Assembly (NCBI GenBank): GCA_963575745.1
Contig: CAUYUJ010000159.1
Coordinates: 248,001 to 312,000, forward strand
DNA: 64,000 bases
Direction: 5' to 3'
DNA from: Prorocentrum cordatum
Lineage: Eukaryota
In this document: positions 26,215 through 37,372 of the stretch, one piece after another
How positions within the stretch are numbered: position 1 is the stretch's first letter
Layout of the letters: each line of letters starts with the position of its first letter
Notes under the pieces: generated by a model
The model's input: only the letters and a program-made list of their open reading frames with translations
Database searches by the model: none
What the model was told of the DNA's origin: nothing
Made by a program: the position numbers and the translations under genes

Positions 26215-26918
26215 CCGCCACCGTGCCTCTGGGCACGGAGTGGGCGTGCCCTCAGGTCCTTTGCCTAATCTTGTTGTAAGCCTCAGTCCTCGCTCCTCAG
26301 GGAGTCTTAAAACTTGCGAAAACTTGGCGCAAACTCCAAACTCCAAAATCCAAAATTTGGCAAAACTTGGCGCGTGCCCCCTGGGGCTTCCCGCGTGCCT
26401 CCCTGGCTCCGGGAAGTGTTGTCGCATGAGCCCCAAGACGGGCGGAAAAGGGCACGAAGAAGTCCCCAAAACGGTCCAAGAAGTCTCCGAATCGCGAACG
26501 ATCGTTCCAAGACGCTCAGAATGGCCCCCAGACGGCCCAAAAGGCATCCAAGACGCCCAATGAGGCATCCGAGAGGCCACCCAAGAGGACCCCAAAAGGC
26601 CCACACAAGTGAGTTCCTTTTGGTTTTTAAATGATTCTGGCGTTCCCCGAGACGGCCCAAGAGGGCCCCAAGACGGCCCAAGAGGCGCCCAAAACGGCCC
26701 AACAAGGCCCCAAGACGACCCCAAAACGGGCCTTAAAACAGAAAATCCGAGCCATCTGCCCCAAGAGGGCCCCACGAGGCCCCAAGAGGCACCCAGGAGG
26801 CCCCCTAGAGGCACAATTGAAGCCCCAAGAGGCCCGTAAGAAGCCACCAAGAGGCGCTCCACGAGATCCCAACGAACATCCAGTAATCTTCATACCCACA
26901 ACCCAGGCACGGTGGCGG
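26215..26918. mobile_element. Non-autonomous element with 14-bp inverted repeats and an internal (CCCAAGAnGG)-like degenerate array
   Basis: ccgccaccgtgcct at 26215-26228 and aggcacggtggcgg at 26905-26918. Related ccaagacggcccaagag arrays occur at ~34680-35010 (opposite strand) and ~62640-62780. Confidence 0.55.
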
Positions 26919-27777
26919 GCTGGGCCAAAAGCGAATCGAGACATCATGTGTACCTTGACTCTGTTCCAAAGATGTTCGGACCTCTCTGCGTGTTGTTCTT
27001 AATACAATGGTTCAAACATTTATTTCCGCGTGTATGTATATTATCAAATTGTTTCGGTGCCTCGAAACCGTGATCCAGCTGCAGCGAGTGCCTCATTTTC
27101 GGATAGGCGCTGTGATCCCGTCGTTCAAAATGGCGCTCTCGCCGCAACGCAGGCCCCTTTTCTGAATCCGAATCCTTTTTCATTGCTGCCCCCCCCTCAT
27201 TTCCCGTCCTCCGCCTTCCTCTGGTCCGTCTGCTCCTTCCACTCCTTCCACTCCAGTTCCTGCTGCTACTATTCGTCGTCCTCGTCCTTCCTCATCCTCC
27301 TCCTTCTTCTCCTGCTCATCCTCCTGCTCACCAGCCAACTCCTCCTCCTCCTCCTCCTCCTCCTCCTCTTCCTCCTCCTCCTCCTCCTCCTCCTCCTCCT
27401 CCTCCTCCCCCTCCTCCTTCTGATTGCCCATCGCTCGACGGGGTCGTTTTTTGGGAGATCCAGATCGGCTATGACACGCGTCCGTAGAGGAAAGAGAAGG
27501 CACAATGGGAAAGGATGGGAGGGAGCGATAGGATATCAGACATGGCGCGGGAACACCTAGCGTGTCCTTATTCCATTCCTCCTTTCGATTTCGGTGGCGC
27601 GTTTGGGCGGACCGCACCGAAAAATAACCTCCCTGGCGAGATGCCCATTTTTCGCGCAAGAAACATCCCAGAACGGCATGTTCTCACGGGCCAAGGTTGT
27701 GACCGCCCGGCCGCCTACGTTCCACGTGCCGGAACTGTGCCAGTCTGTCTGTGGATACCCCTCGCCACACGAGTATT

Positions 27778-27780
<3 letters not shown>

Positions 27781-27820
<40 letters not shown>

Positions 27821-27868
27821 GTACATATATATATGTGTATATATATATATATGCATGTATATATGTAG
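27781..27868. repeat. (TA)n/(TATG) microsatellite
   Basis: Direct reading. Confidence 0.9.
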
Positions 27869-28134
27869 ATGTTTATATGACCGCCGTGAGGCCCATCGGG
27901 CCCCTTCCGGCGATCAATGGACGATTGTGGCTCGATGCGTTCCCCCCTGAACCCATGCACCCCGACGTCGTCCCCTGGCTTTCGGGTCATGGCCCCGCTC
28001 CCCGCCGGTTGTTCGGGAAGCTTCGGGCACCCCCGCAAAGCTCTCGGCGAGGCGCAGCTGCGGGAGGGCAGCCCGAGGCTGGAAACCGCCGAACGCCTAC
28101 GAAAACGCCCGAGAATCTCAAATCCCGAATCCTG

Positions 28135-28282
28135 AAACAGAAAGCTGCATAAACATAAACTTTGCGCTGGATACTCAGGCGGCACATCCGCGCCGCCCCT
28201 GGCGCGCTCCGCGCGCCAGGAAGGAGGGTCCATCGCAAAACCATGAAATCCGCGCGCGCAGTTGAAACTTTATGTCATACTG
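28135..28282 (-). mobile_element. Family T palindromic element, copy 2 (degenerate, reverse orientation)
   Basis: cccctggcgcgctccgcgcgccaggaaggaggg core, flanked by gcataaacataaact...actttatgtcat. Confidence 0.6.
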
Positions 28283-29487
28283 TCCTCTCCTCTTCGTAAT
28301 CCGAAACTCCCCCTGATGGTGATGATGGTGATTCTGGCAATGATGATGGTGAGACGAGGGACGAGGAGGGTAAGGACGAGCTAAATTGCCAGCCGGGAAT
28401 TTGATTAGAGGGGGGGCGGGCAGCATTAAGAACCCTCTGGGGTTATCTCCTCTTCGATTTGGATGCCCAAAATGGGTACGGGAAGAATGGGGACGATGCA
28501 TAACAACACATGTTATGTAAAATCGACAGCGGCGGCTGTTGGGCAGGCGAGCTTGGGCGGCGATGCCGACAACGAGTCCTCTTCAGAATGAACAAGAGCT
28601 GCTGCTGGACTTTGTGCCCATTGCTTCCTTAAGCATCTCGGAGCCCCCGACTCGAAACCCGAAGCAAATTACCCCAGGACAGGGCCCGCCAGCTGTATTT
28701 CCCTTTCGCCCCTAGCACGAGCGGGAGCGCGGGCAGCTTAATGCTGCGACGGTAAATGTTCTTTATCGTGTCTGGGACCATCTCGGTCCCCCCGATTCGA
28801 AATCCGAAGCTCCCCCCCCCTCCCCGAGCGCGCCCCCAACCGTGTTCCCGGCCGATCCTCCCCTGGCCCGTCCCTCGGGGGCCCCTGCGCGCCGCGCTGG
28901 CGGGTAGCCGCGAGCGCGGGGCCCGCGGCATCGGTGGCGTCCAGATGGGGGGGGGAACGTCCACGAGGAGGAGCGTTCGCAGATCGGGGCGCGGCTCGGA
29001 GAATCTCCCTTCTGCTTCTTCCTTCCCCCCTCCACCTCCTTTCCCCCCCCCTCTCGTCGCCACAGCTGGCCCGAGGCACGTGCGCGGCCCTGGAGGCCTC
29101 CCAAGCGGGGTCCGAGTAGATGGGGTCGGAGGACCTCGTCGCATCGCCGCCGTCGGCGATGCAAAAATCGGTCTCGGCATCGAGCCGCACCGTCGATGCA
29201 TAGGCGATGCGGTGCAGTCCTCTGATCCCATCTGCTTGGACGCGATCTGGGAAGCCCGGAGGCCCACGGGGGAGACAAGGGGGGCGCACTGAGATAAGAT
29301 GACGGCCCATGAAAATCCGGGGAGACATCTCCTTGATATCCCTCCCTAAGTCATCAACACCCTCTTGTGAGCATCGTTTCAACGATGCTTATCCTCACGG
29401 GCGTGGCCTGGGCCCCACTGCCAGAGCTGCCCCCCTCAATGGGAATATAGGCTGTTCCCTTCGGGTTTCGAGGCGCATCGCTAGAAG

Positions 29488-29655
29488 AACAAAGACGGCA
29501 TAAACATAAACTGTTGGCGCTCTGAGCCGGACCCCCCTCCTTGGCGCGCGGAGCGCGTCAGGGGAGGCGCCGGAGGCGCCGCCCGGTGGGCCCCGTTGCG
29601 GACGCTCAAGAAATCCGCGCGGAGCGCCGAAAATTCATGTTTATGCCGTTTTTTC
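29488..29655 (+). mobile_element. Family T palindromic element, copy 3
   Basis: acggcataaacataaa...ttcatgtttatgccgt termini plus the twin GGA-loop hairpin core. Confidence 0.7.
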
Positions 29656-30171
29656 CGGCACCAGGGGCGCCTGTCCCAGGGCGGCTGGAAAGTTTCTACC
29701 TGGACGTGACATCGTAGGACTATAAACTTTCAAGCCGCCCACACGGCGAACAAGTTAATTTTACACCGTTCTTCGCCCGACTGGAGTGGTGGGGTTGAAG
29801 GGGCCCTGGAACACACAAATAAATATACACAAATGACAGGATTCCCCATGTATTCCCCATACGTTATGGGTTTTGTCTTCCCCCCCACTTCCCATATTTT
29901 CCCATATTCTCTGTGTCTGTGTCTTTGTTTCCCTCCTGAGGGGTGGTGGGGCTCGGGATGGGGATGGGGATCCGCCCCCGAGGCGGCATGGCGGTGGCGG
30001 AGGCCGCGCCAGGCCGCCGCGACGCGGCGCCCCCGCCGCGCGTCATGGGCACCCCTAAGGCATGTAGCCCTCGACCTGCACGCATCGGCCGGCGACCTGC
30101 GTCGCGCGGCGCTAGACGATGACGATGACGATGTGGTCACAAAGTGCACTCACTTTAGCATTTCGAGGGAG

Positions 30172-30276
30172 AACATCGTCATCGTCGTCATCATCACCAT
30201 CACCACCATCATCATTATCATCATCACCAGCACCATCACCAGCACCAGCACCAGCACCAGCACCATCATCATCATG

Positions 30277-30328
<52 letters not shown>

Positions 30329-30475
30329 CCATCACCATCATCATCATCATCATCAACATCGTCATCGTCATCATCATCATGGTCATGGTCATGAACATGG
30401 TCATGGAAATGGTCATGGTCATGGTCATCATCATCACCATCATCATCACCATCATCATCATCATCATCATCATCG

Positions 30476-30560
<85 letters not shown>

Positions 30561-30608
30561 AATCATCACCATCACCAACACCATCATCATCATCACCATC
30601 GTCATCGT
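30172..30608. repeat. (CAT)n microsatellite
   Basis: Direct reading. Confidence 0.95.
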
Positions 30609-31899
30609 CGGGGGGCGGGCTCTCTCTGAGGATTTGGCCATGGCAGGCAGCAGTTGGTGGTGCAGACCCGTGATGTGAGCCTGGCCAGAGAGACTAGAGC
30701 GCCCTTTTCGTATCAGGCGCTGCTGGCTAGCGTGAGCGATGCCCTTGCAGTACTAGCGACGGTCACGTCACAACGGAACCCCCATGACGTGCCGGGAGGC
30801 AACCTTCTGGACACCGCATACCGTTTCGTGCAGAAGGAAGGATTGCTCTTCTCGACGGCACGGTCTTATACACACTCATTTAAAACCGACTTCAGGCCAG
30901 CGTGCTTTGTTGCATATCTCCCACAGAGACGATTGTAGTCTTCACTATTGGGATGCTGCGCGGTCTGTTTGCAGCGCTTCCTGCAAACCTACATCTGATT
31001 TGTTTTTTTCTGGATAGCGTGTACTGTCTCCATGCATCTTCTTTATTGTTCCTCGGCGCTCCAAGCGGGCCCCGCTGAGAACTGTCGCATTGCCTGGCAA
31101 AGCCAAACGTTCGGACCCGTTTTCAGCCATGGCGCCCGTACTCGTAAGGACGTCGTAGATCAAGAGCCATCACTTGTCCATGGGCTCGCAGTACGCTCTC
31201 ACACGAGTTGTAGTTATCCGCTGTCGCGGTCCCCGCAGAGTCGCCGAAGTCGAAGTTGCCCGAGCAACGTCAAAGTAACCCGACAATGCGCAAGAAAATG
31301 GCCGACAGTCCTTGCCGGGCATTGCTGTCACAGGTATACGCGGGGCAGGGACGACAACAACCGGGGATACGCTTTCTATGCCAATAGTCCGTACGACTTG
31401 CTCTAGCAGAATCCTTTCAATGTGGGAAATCAGGTCTTGAACATCGCGCGAATTGAACCATGCAATTCCGATATGAACATGACGTCTTCGCTGCTGGGCA
31501 CATCGACAAGTTTGACAAAATAATTCCCATGCGTACGGAAATGTTATGCAAGGAATCGGGCCGAAGTCTTCAAACATATCACGTTGACAGTCGGCGATGC
31601 GACGCGGCTCATTCCACGGGTCTGAGGGCGCTCAGAGGGCGAGCATATCCCTTCGTCTGAATGCGAGGTCTCCCTCGCACGATGGAGCCTCGCCGCGCAG
31701 GCCGTTTTTCTACTGCGTTGAGTAGCTGCACGCAAGCTAAGTTCCGCGTCGAATCAACGACACTTGTTTCCATTCGAACGCAGCATTTTCCGATTTTTAA
31801 CAGTCAACGACTGTAACGCAGCATTTTCCGATGCATTGCGCATGGACTAGCAAAACCACTCGAAGGGAACCAATAACGGGCCTGGGGGCGGACTGCCAG

Positions 31900-33655
31900 G
31901 GGGTGGAGCCGCATGCAGTGTTGCACTCTCCGCGCCCGGATTATTGAAAAGCGCCTGCGCTTTGCCACCACCACCCGCGCTGCACGGCGATCGCGAGGTG
32001 CAGCGCCTGCGTCGAGAGCTCGCCCGGAGAGCCTGGGCTTCGGAAGTGGGCCAGGCATCGTGAAGCAAATGGCATGGCGCGCCCGTCCTTTTCAATCGCC
32101 ACCACCGCCGCTGCGCGAGCACGCAACACGCAAAAGGCTCGTCGCTGCTGCCAATTGCCAACTGCATGCGCTCGCCAGCGGCGCGCTGCAAGGCCTGACA
32201 GTACTCCTTTACGTTCACGCGGGACGACGCGGACATGGTTCCACTGCAGATAATGAATGACCGTGGACTGTTTTTGCACGCAAAGTGCGCGCGGCGCTTT
32301 CGAAACTCACGCAGCGACGTACGCGAGCCTCATGCGAGCGAGCCCATTGTGCCACTTCGAGCAGAGGGGAGAAAAGAGAAGCCCTGCTCCCCATATAGAC
32401 GGCCAAACTACTGCCCAGTCTTTCGCGCTCTCTTGTCTTACGCTTACGTGGGGAATGCGCGTGCTATTCGTATTCTACGCGCGGGAAAATTGCAGGCACC
32501 GCTGTGCTCGTTCGCTGCGGCCTTCGGGGGGAGGCAGACCGCGGCGCCCTCTCGACGCGTCGATCATCGCCGTACGCAGTATTCCTTACATTCGAGCGAT
32601 GAGCGCGGCGCGGGCGCCCCCCTGCAGGTTGGCCCACGCGGGGCCTGCTCACCGCGACAACCGCGCGAGGCGTCCACCAGCGACGACGAGTCCCCTGCGA
32701 AGGCGGCGGGGGCCAGCGCAGTCTGATGCCCATCCAGAGCGTCGATGCCCAACGACCCAGGTATGCGCCAACGATTATCCGAGGAGCTAGCTGCGCCTCT
32801 CACACTCTGTCCAGACCCATATGCATGCTCCGCCGCGAGCGGCTCAGCAACTCAAACATAGGCAACAATCCCCAGACTCGCGGAGCTGAGCGAAGGGACT
32901 TTTTCGCAACGCACAGCGTTGCACATGGTTCTGAAGTTGCAAATCCTGCGCCGCGAGCTCTTCCAGAGAACCTGGGCCTCGGAAAAGCGCGAGGCGTCGC
33001 GACGCAAGTCGCGAGCGACCTGCGCGAGCGCACAGCGCGCGCGAGGCTCGTCGCTGCTGATGTTTGCCAGCTGCAAGCACTCGCCGGCAGCCCGGCGCGA
33101 GGCCTGCCAGTGCTCCTTTTCGCCCACGCGGGGCGACGCGGACGTGGCGCCGCGGCAGACGCTGACCGCGGGCGGCTCTTTCTGCAGAGCGCGCGCGGCG
33201 TTTTCGAAGCTCGCGCAGCGGCGCGCGGGGGCCCGGCGCAAGCGGGCCCAGGAGTGCCACTTCGCGCTGAGGGGGGACCCCCTGCACTCCATATAGACGG
33301 GCGATGCGCTCTCGGGTCTTTCGCCGAGGGAAGCGGCGTTCGCCGCCATTGTGATCATGCTTTCTTCACTTACGTTGCCGAACCATTGAGTGCTATGTCT
33401 GCGCACGGGGGAACGGGGGGCGCCGCGGCGCCCTCTCGCCGCGGCCCAGGGAAGGGGGCAGACCGCGGCGCGCCCGCTCGACGCACCGAGAAACTCCGAC
33501 CGCAAGATTCCTCGCTTTCGAGCGAGTGGCGCGGCGCGGGCGCCCCCCGCAGGTCGCCCCGCCCCCCGCGCCCCGCCCGCCGCGGCGCGAAAAACCGTGC
33601 AAGGCATCCGCCGGCGACGACGAGTCCTCCGCGACGGCGGCGGGGGCAAGTGATG
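31900..33655. repeat. Diverged tandem duplication, unit ~0.9 kb
   Basis: aggctcgtcgctgctg...cacgcggg.cgacgcggac, ccatatagacgg and cgacgacgagtcc blocks each recur about 0.9 kb apart. Confidence 0.75.
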
Positions 33656-35094
33656 GCGCCGCGGATGGCGCCTAGCGTCGTCTCTGCCTCGCGCGGGCGC
33701 CGCTGCCCGGCGCGCAGTGCGATTGCGCCGCGCGCGTCGCCCTCGCGTCTAGCTGCGGCCTGATGCGAGATGCCGCGAAAACTCTCGCCAGCGCGGGCCC
33801 CGCGGAGCGGTTCTGACTAGTTTTGAGGGCGCCTCTGGACGGTCGTGGCGGCGTGCGACGGCGGATCTCGGATCGTTCCGTCCCTGGGCGTGAACCGAAC
33901 TGCGCGAATGCTCGCGCGACACCGACAGCTCCTCGCGGCTGGCGACTGGAAGCTTCCTGGAAGGGGGGCGCGCCCCGCGTCGGGGGCGGCGGGCCGAAAC
34001 CGCGCGCGCCACTGCAAGGGGGCGCCCATGGTGAAAAGTGACGCGCGGACCCGCCGTGGCCAGAGCGCCCGCGAGAGCGCATATTCGCGGGGACGCGTCG
34101 ATAATAGCGCGCGCGGGCGCGACGACCAAGCCTCCGCCAGGCAGACGGTCGGGCACCCCGTGAGTCGCGACGAACAGGGCGCGCGTAGTGAAGCGCAGGG
34201 GGCCCGCAACAAGTCCCGAAGCGTTGGGGGGGGGATTGCAGCGTCGCCGCGGCTTCCGAAGTTATGATATCCAACGCGGACTGGGACTTGCCCGCGGGAG
34301 CGGAGGCCAGCGGCGAGGACGGGGCGACGTGGACAACGCAACCGAGCTGCCCCCGCTGGGTCTGCGGAGTCTCGCCGGGCCGCGGGGGCCCCCGTCGAAA
34401 GGCGCGCCAACGCGCCTAGATGCCCGCGGCGCACGAGCCGAGGCCGCAGCGCACGCGTCTCGTGGAGGCGTTCCCGTCGACGCCCGCGGCCTTCGCGTCG
34501 ACGCCGAGGAGGCGGGCGGGAAGCTGCCAACGTTGAAAGGCCAGTGCGTGCGCGGCGGCCTCCCGGACCTGCTGGTTCGTTGCCCGAGACTCCGCCGCCC
34601 CCATCGACATCCGCCCCCGCTGCGGATGCCTCTGCAGTGGAGGAAAACTGCGGGCGGCAAGGAGGAGGTCCGGCCCGTCTGGGGGCTCTCTCGGGCCGTC
34701 TTGAAGCTCTGTTGGGCCGTCTTGAGGTCTTCTTGGGGGCCTCGTGGACCGCTTTCAGGCAAGATTGGGGGCTTCCTGGCCCATCGTGGACGCTGGCAAG
34801 ACCGAAAAAACGAATATGTCAAATGCACGCTTCCGGGGCAAAAATACTGCGATGTTTGTCTTTTGGGGACCCTTGGGGGGGCCTCTTGGGCCTTGGGTCG
34901 TCTTGGGGCCTCTTGGGCCTTGGGGGCCTCTGGTTGGGGGGGGCCATCGAAAACCGCCTTTGGCTCTCTGAAAGCGCTCTTGGGCCTGCTTGGGGGCCTC
35001 TTGGGCCGTCATGTGGGCCCCGGTCCCCCCGTGCCCTGCCGCGGTCCTTGGGCGCGGCCAGGGAGCCTCGTCCGCTGGGAAAAAGAAACAGAGA

Positions 35095-35538
35095 GTGTGT
35101 GTGTGTGTGTGCGTTTCAACTTTGACAATCATTGGAGACATCATTTTCGGCTCCTGCGAGCTAGGGGATGTCTCGGGGCCAGCCACGCATGCAGTATGTG
35201 CGTAGCTAGATTTCAGATTGTCTGTATGCATGCTCCTTAGTTCATGTGCGTAGAAAGATTCCAGGTTGTCTGTATGCATGCTTTCTTTAGTTGCCCTCTC
35301 AGTCCGCCTCGCACGCACCATAGCTTTTCATCTCGAGCCTCCGCTGACGGAGGGTTTAGGGCGCCACTCAAGGCCCGAGGGCCGCAGAGATTCTCGGCCC
35401 CCCGTCACCGCAGGCACGGTTCACACGATCGCTCGAGGAAAAGGGTTTGATCTCTACTGAAGGCCACAGCTGGAGGAGGGTCGACGCCAGGTACCGTGAG
35501 CAATACGTGATATTGAACGAAACTCATCACAAGTGTGT
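35095..35538 (+). repeat. 5' pseudo-LTR of the PLE
   Basis: Same as 41200-41643 except for 6 transitions (offset 6105). Contains an internal ~48-bp tandem duplication (35196-35292). Confidence 0.95.
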
Positions 35539-35614
35539 TTCTGGGGGAGTGGAGCGTGCATCTTCGGACTTCGTGCGCCACGCCCAGACATCCATAGCCC
35601 CCACGTGTCTCAGC

Positions 35615-35974
35615 TCAGCTTCCTTCATCTCGGCTGATTTCACGACCTACGTGTTTCATTTCATAACCTACGTGTCTTATTTCATAATCGACGTGTTGCA
35701 TTTCCACATCTGCGTGGCTCATTTCTTGCTCTACGTGTTTCATGTCATAACCTACGTGTCTCATGTCATAATCTACGTGTTGCATTTCCACACCTGTGTG
35801 GTTCATTTCTTGCTCTACGTGCTCAATTTCACCATCTACGTGTTGTATTTCGCCATCTCCGAAGTTTATGTCACGCTCTACGTGCTCAATTTCATAACCT
35901 ACGTGCTGTATTTCACCACCTGCGTGGTTCATTTCATATTCTACGTGTCCAATTTCATAACATATGTGGTTCAT
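35615..35974 (-). CDS. Antisense 119-aa heptad-repeat (E-M/I-x-H-V-x-x) coiled-coil protein, hypothetical
   Basis: AUG start; 16 heptads with M/I at position a and V at position d; substitutions are mostly conservative (E/D, M/I, V/A/T). Confidence 0.5.
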   Translation of the reverse strand: MNHICYEIGHVEYEMNHAGGEIQHVGYEIEHVERDINFGDGEIQHVDGEIEHVEQEMNHTGVEMQHVDYDMRHVGYDMKHVEQEMSHADVEMQHVDYEIRHVGYEMKHVGREISRDEGS

Positions 35975-35976
35975 TT
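35641..35976. repeat. 21-bp tandem array, 16 units (consensus cataacctacgtgttgcattt), with an 84-bp higher-order period
   Basis: Indel-free 21-nt periodicity; units 2-5 recur as units 6-9. Confidence 0.95.
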
Positions 35977-36096
35977 TGTACTCTATAGGTCAACGGCCCT
36001 GGAGCGGACCCCACTGGAGGTGATAGAACGCAAGGTGTTTTGACGCAAGCATCAGATACGTTGCAGTCAAGATCAGATCGACGGATATCCCAATAT

Positions 36097-37372
36097 ATGG
36101 CTCAACGGATGCGACTTACTACCTTTGCTGGGACGAAGCTATTGGTTGCGATGACACGGGATATCCAGGCCGTTGCAGGATGGTCTTCGGAGCTGGCCGT
36201 CCATACTAACCTTCGCTCGCATAAGCCTTACTCGTCCTCCGTGGCTTCCTTATACTCGGCAGCTCTGTGGCAGGTCCTTTGCCCTCTCCCGTCGGAGGTG
36301 TTCATTGAAGCCGTCCGCACCCTGCAACGTGAAGCTTTGGAGTGTGCGACGGTCTCAGGAGTGTCATCCTATGTTGGCGTGCTCGCTTTGGCTCTCACGA
36401 CGTGCTCGACGATTTGTCGAATCCGCAGCCTCTTTACTGGAGGCCGAAAATCACGGGGCCGAGCCAGACACCTCTGCCATTGTCTTCCACCTGTGCTGCA
36501 GTCTGCGTTTGCACGCCCAGGAGAGGCGGATCTTTGTCAGGCTGTGGAGCTACTCGGTTTTGTCCTCCTCCAGGCTCGGTGCACCCAGGACCCGATCCAG
36601 AAGGTGGGCCACGGGCCCCACGACCTCTGCTTCATATACCAACTGGGCTCCCAAGGGCTCTACATAGGTCAAGGGGCGCTGCTCCGTGGCTCGTCGGCCA
36701 TCTCTGGAGGAGTCGGTCGATTCCGTGAGCATCTTCGTGGGCTCAAATGTGCGTCGCAAGGGATCCCCACAAAGGAGCTCAGCAGGTACCTCAAGTTGGC
36801 CCCTGGTTGTCAGCGATGGCTCCTCATGTTCTTTGTGGCGCTTACACACACATCTCGTGCGCACGCCCTTGAGTGCACATATAGCGTACAGCCGTCCCGA
36901 GGCGAACAATCTACCTAACCCTCACCTTGGGCGTCTTCGGGCTCGCTATCGATCCCACCCTCGAGCACGCCGCCGTCGTGCCCAACGCCGTATACATACG
37001 CCTGTCGCACATGAGCACACAGTACTCCAACAAGCATGGTATGATCGACGTATCGATGCCCAGTGCACTCGACGCCTAGGTTTTTCGGCACACCTCGCTG
37101 CACGACACCGGTGGCAACACCTTCTCCAGCATAGGTTTCATGATCTATATGATATCCTTCTCGCTCGGCATGCTAACGGCCGCCATCTGCACGGACCGCT
37201 TAACATTTATGACCAAGCTTGTTTGCTCCTACTCCTTAGATGGCTTGCTTTATCTACCAACGATGTCGATTGGGATCTTGTGTGTCGACGGCGTAAGTTC
37301 GGGACTGACTACCTCTATGCCCTGTGGGAATTCAATACCTATTTCCTCACTGGATGGACCGAATCCGAGTGA
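36097..37372 (+). pseudogene. PLE ORF N-terminal part: GIY-YIG endonuclease + basic linker (frameshifts at ~36873 and ~37355)
   Basis: FIY(36631)...LYIG(36658)...RFREH...RY...ALE, then after a shift AHIAYSRPEANN, giving the conserved GIY-YIG Y/Y/G/R/E/N residues. A second shift joins the RT frame. Confidence 0.8.

Noticed and set aside
28600..29400. Possible pogo/DDE transposase relic (LLLVDV...GGT)
   Set aside because: Too degenerate; the catalytic triad cannot be located by eye.
35340..35530. Hammerhead or HDV ribozyme in the pLTR
   Set aside because: ctgacgg, ctgaagg and gtgatgag do not give a CUGANGA core with a properly placed GAAA. The HDV-like register at 35135-35215 lacks a P2 partner.
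36870..37372. Selenocysteine read-through, as described for some Naiad PLEs
   Set aside because: The breaks are frameshifts, not in-frame UGA codons.
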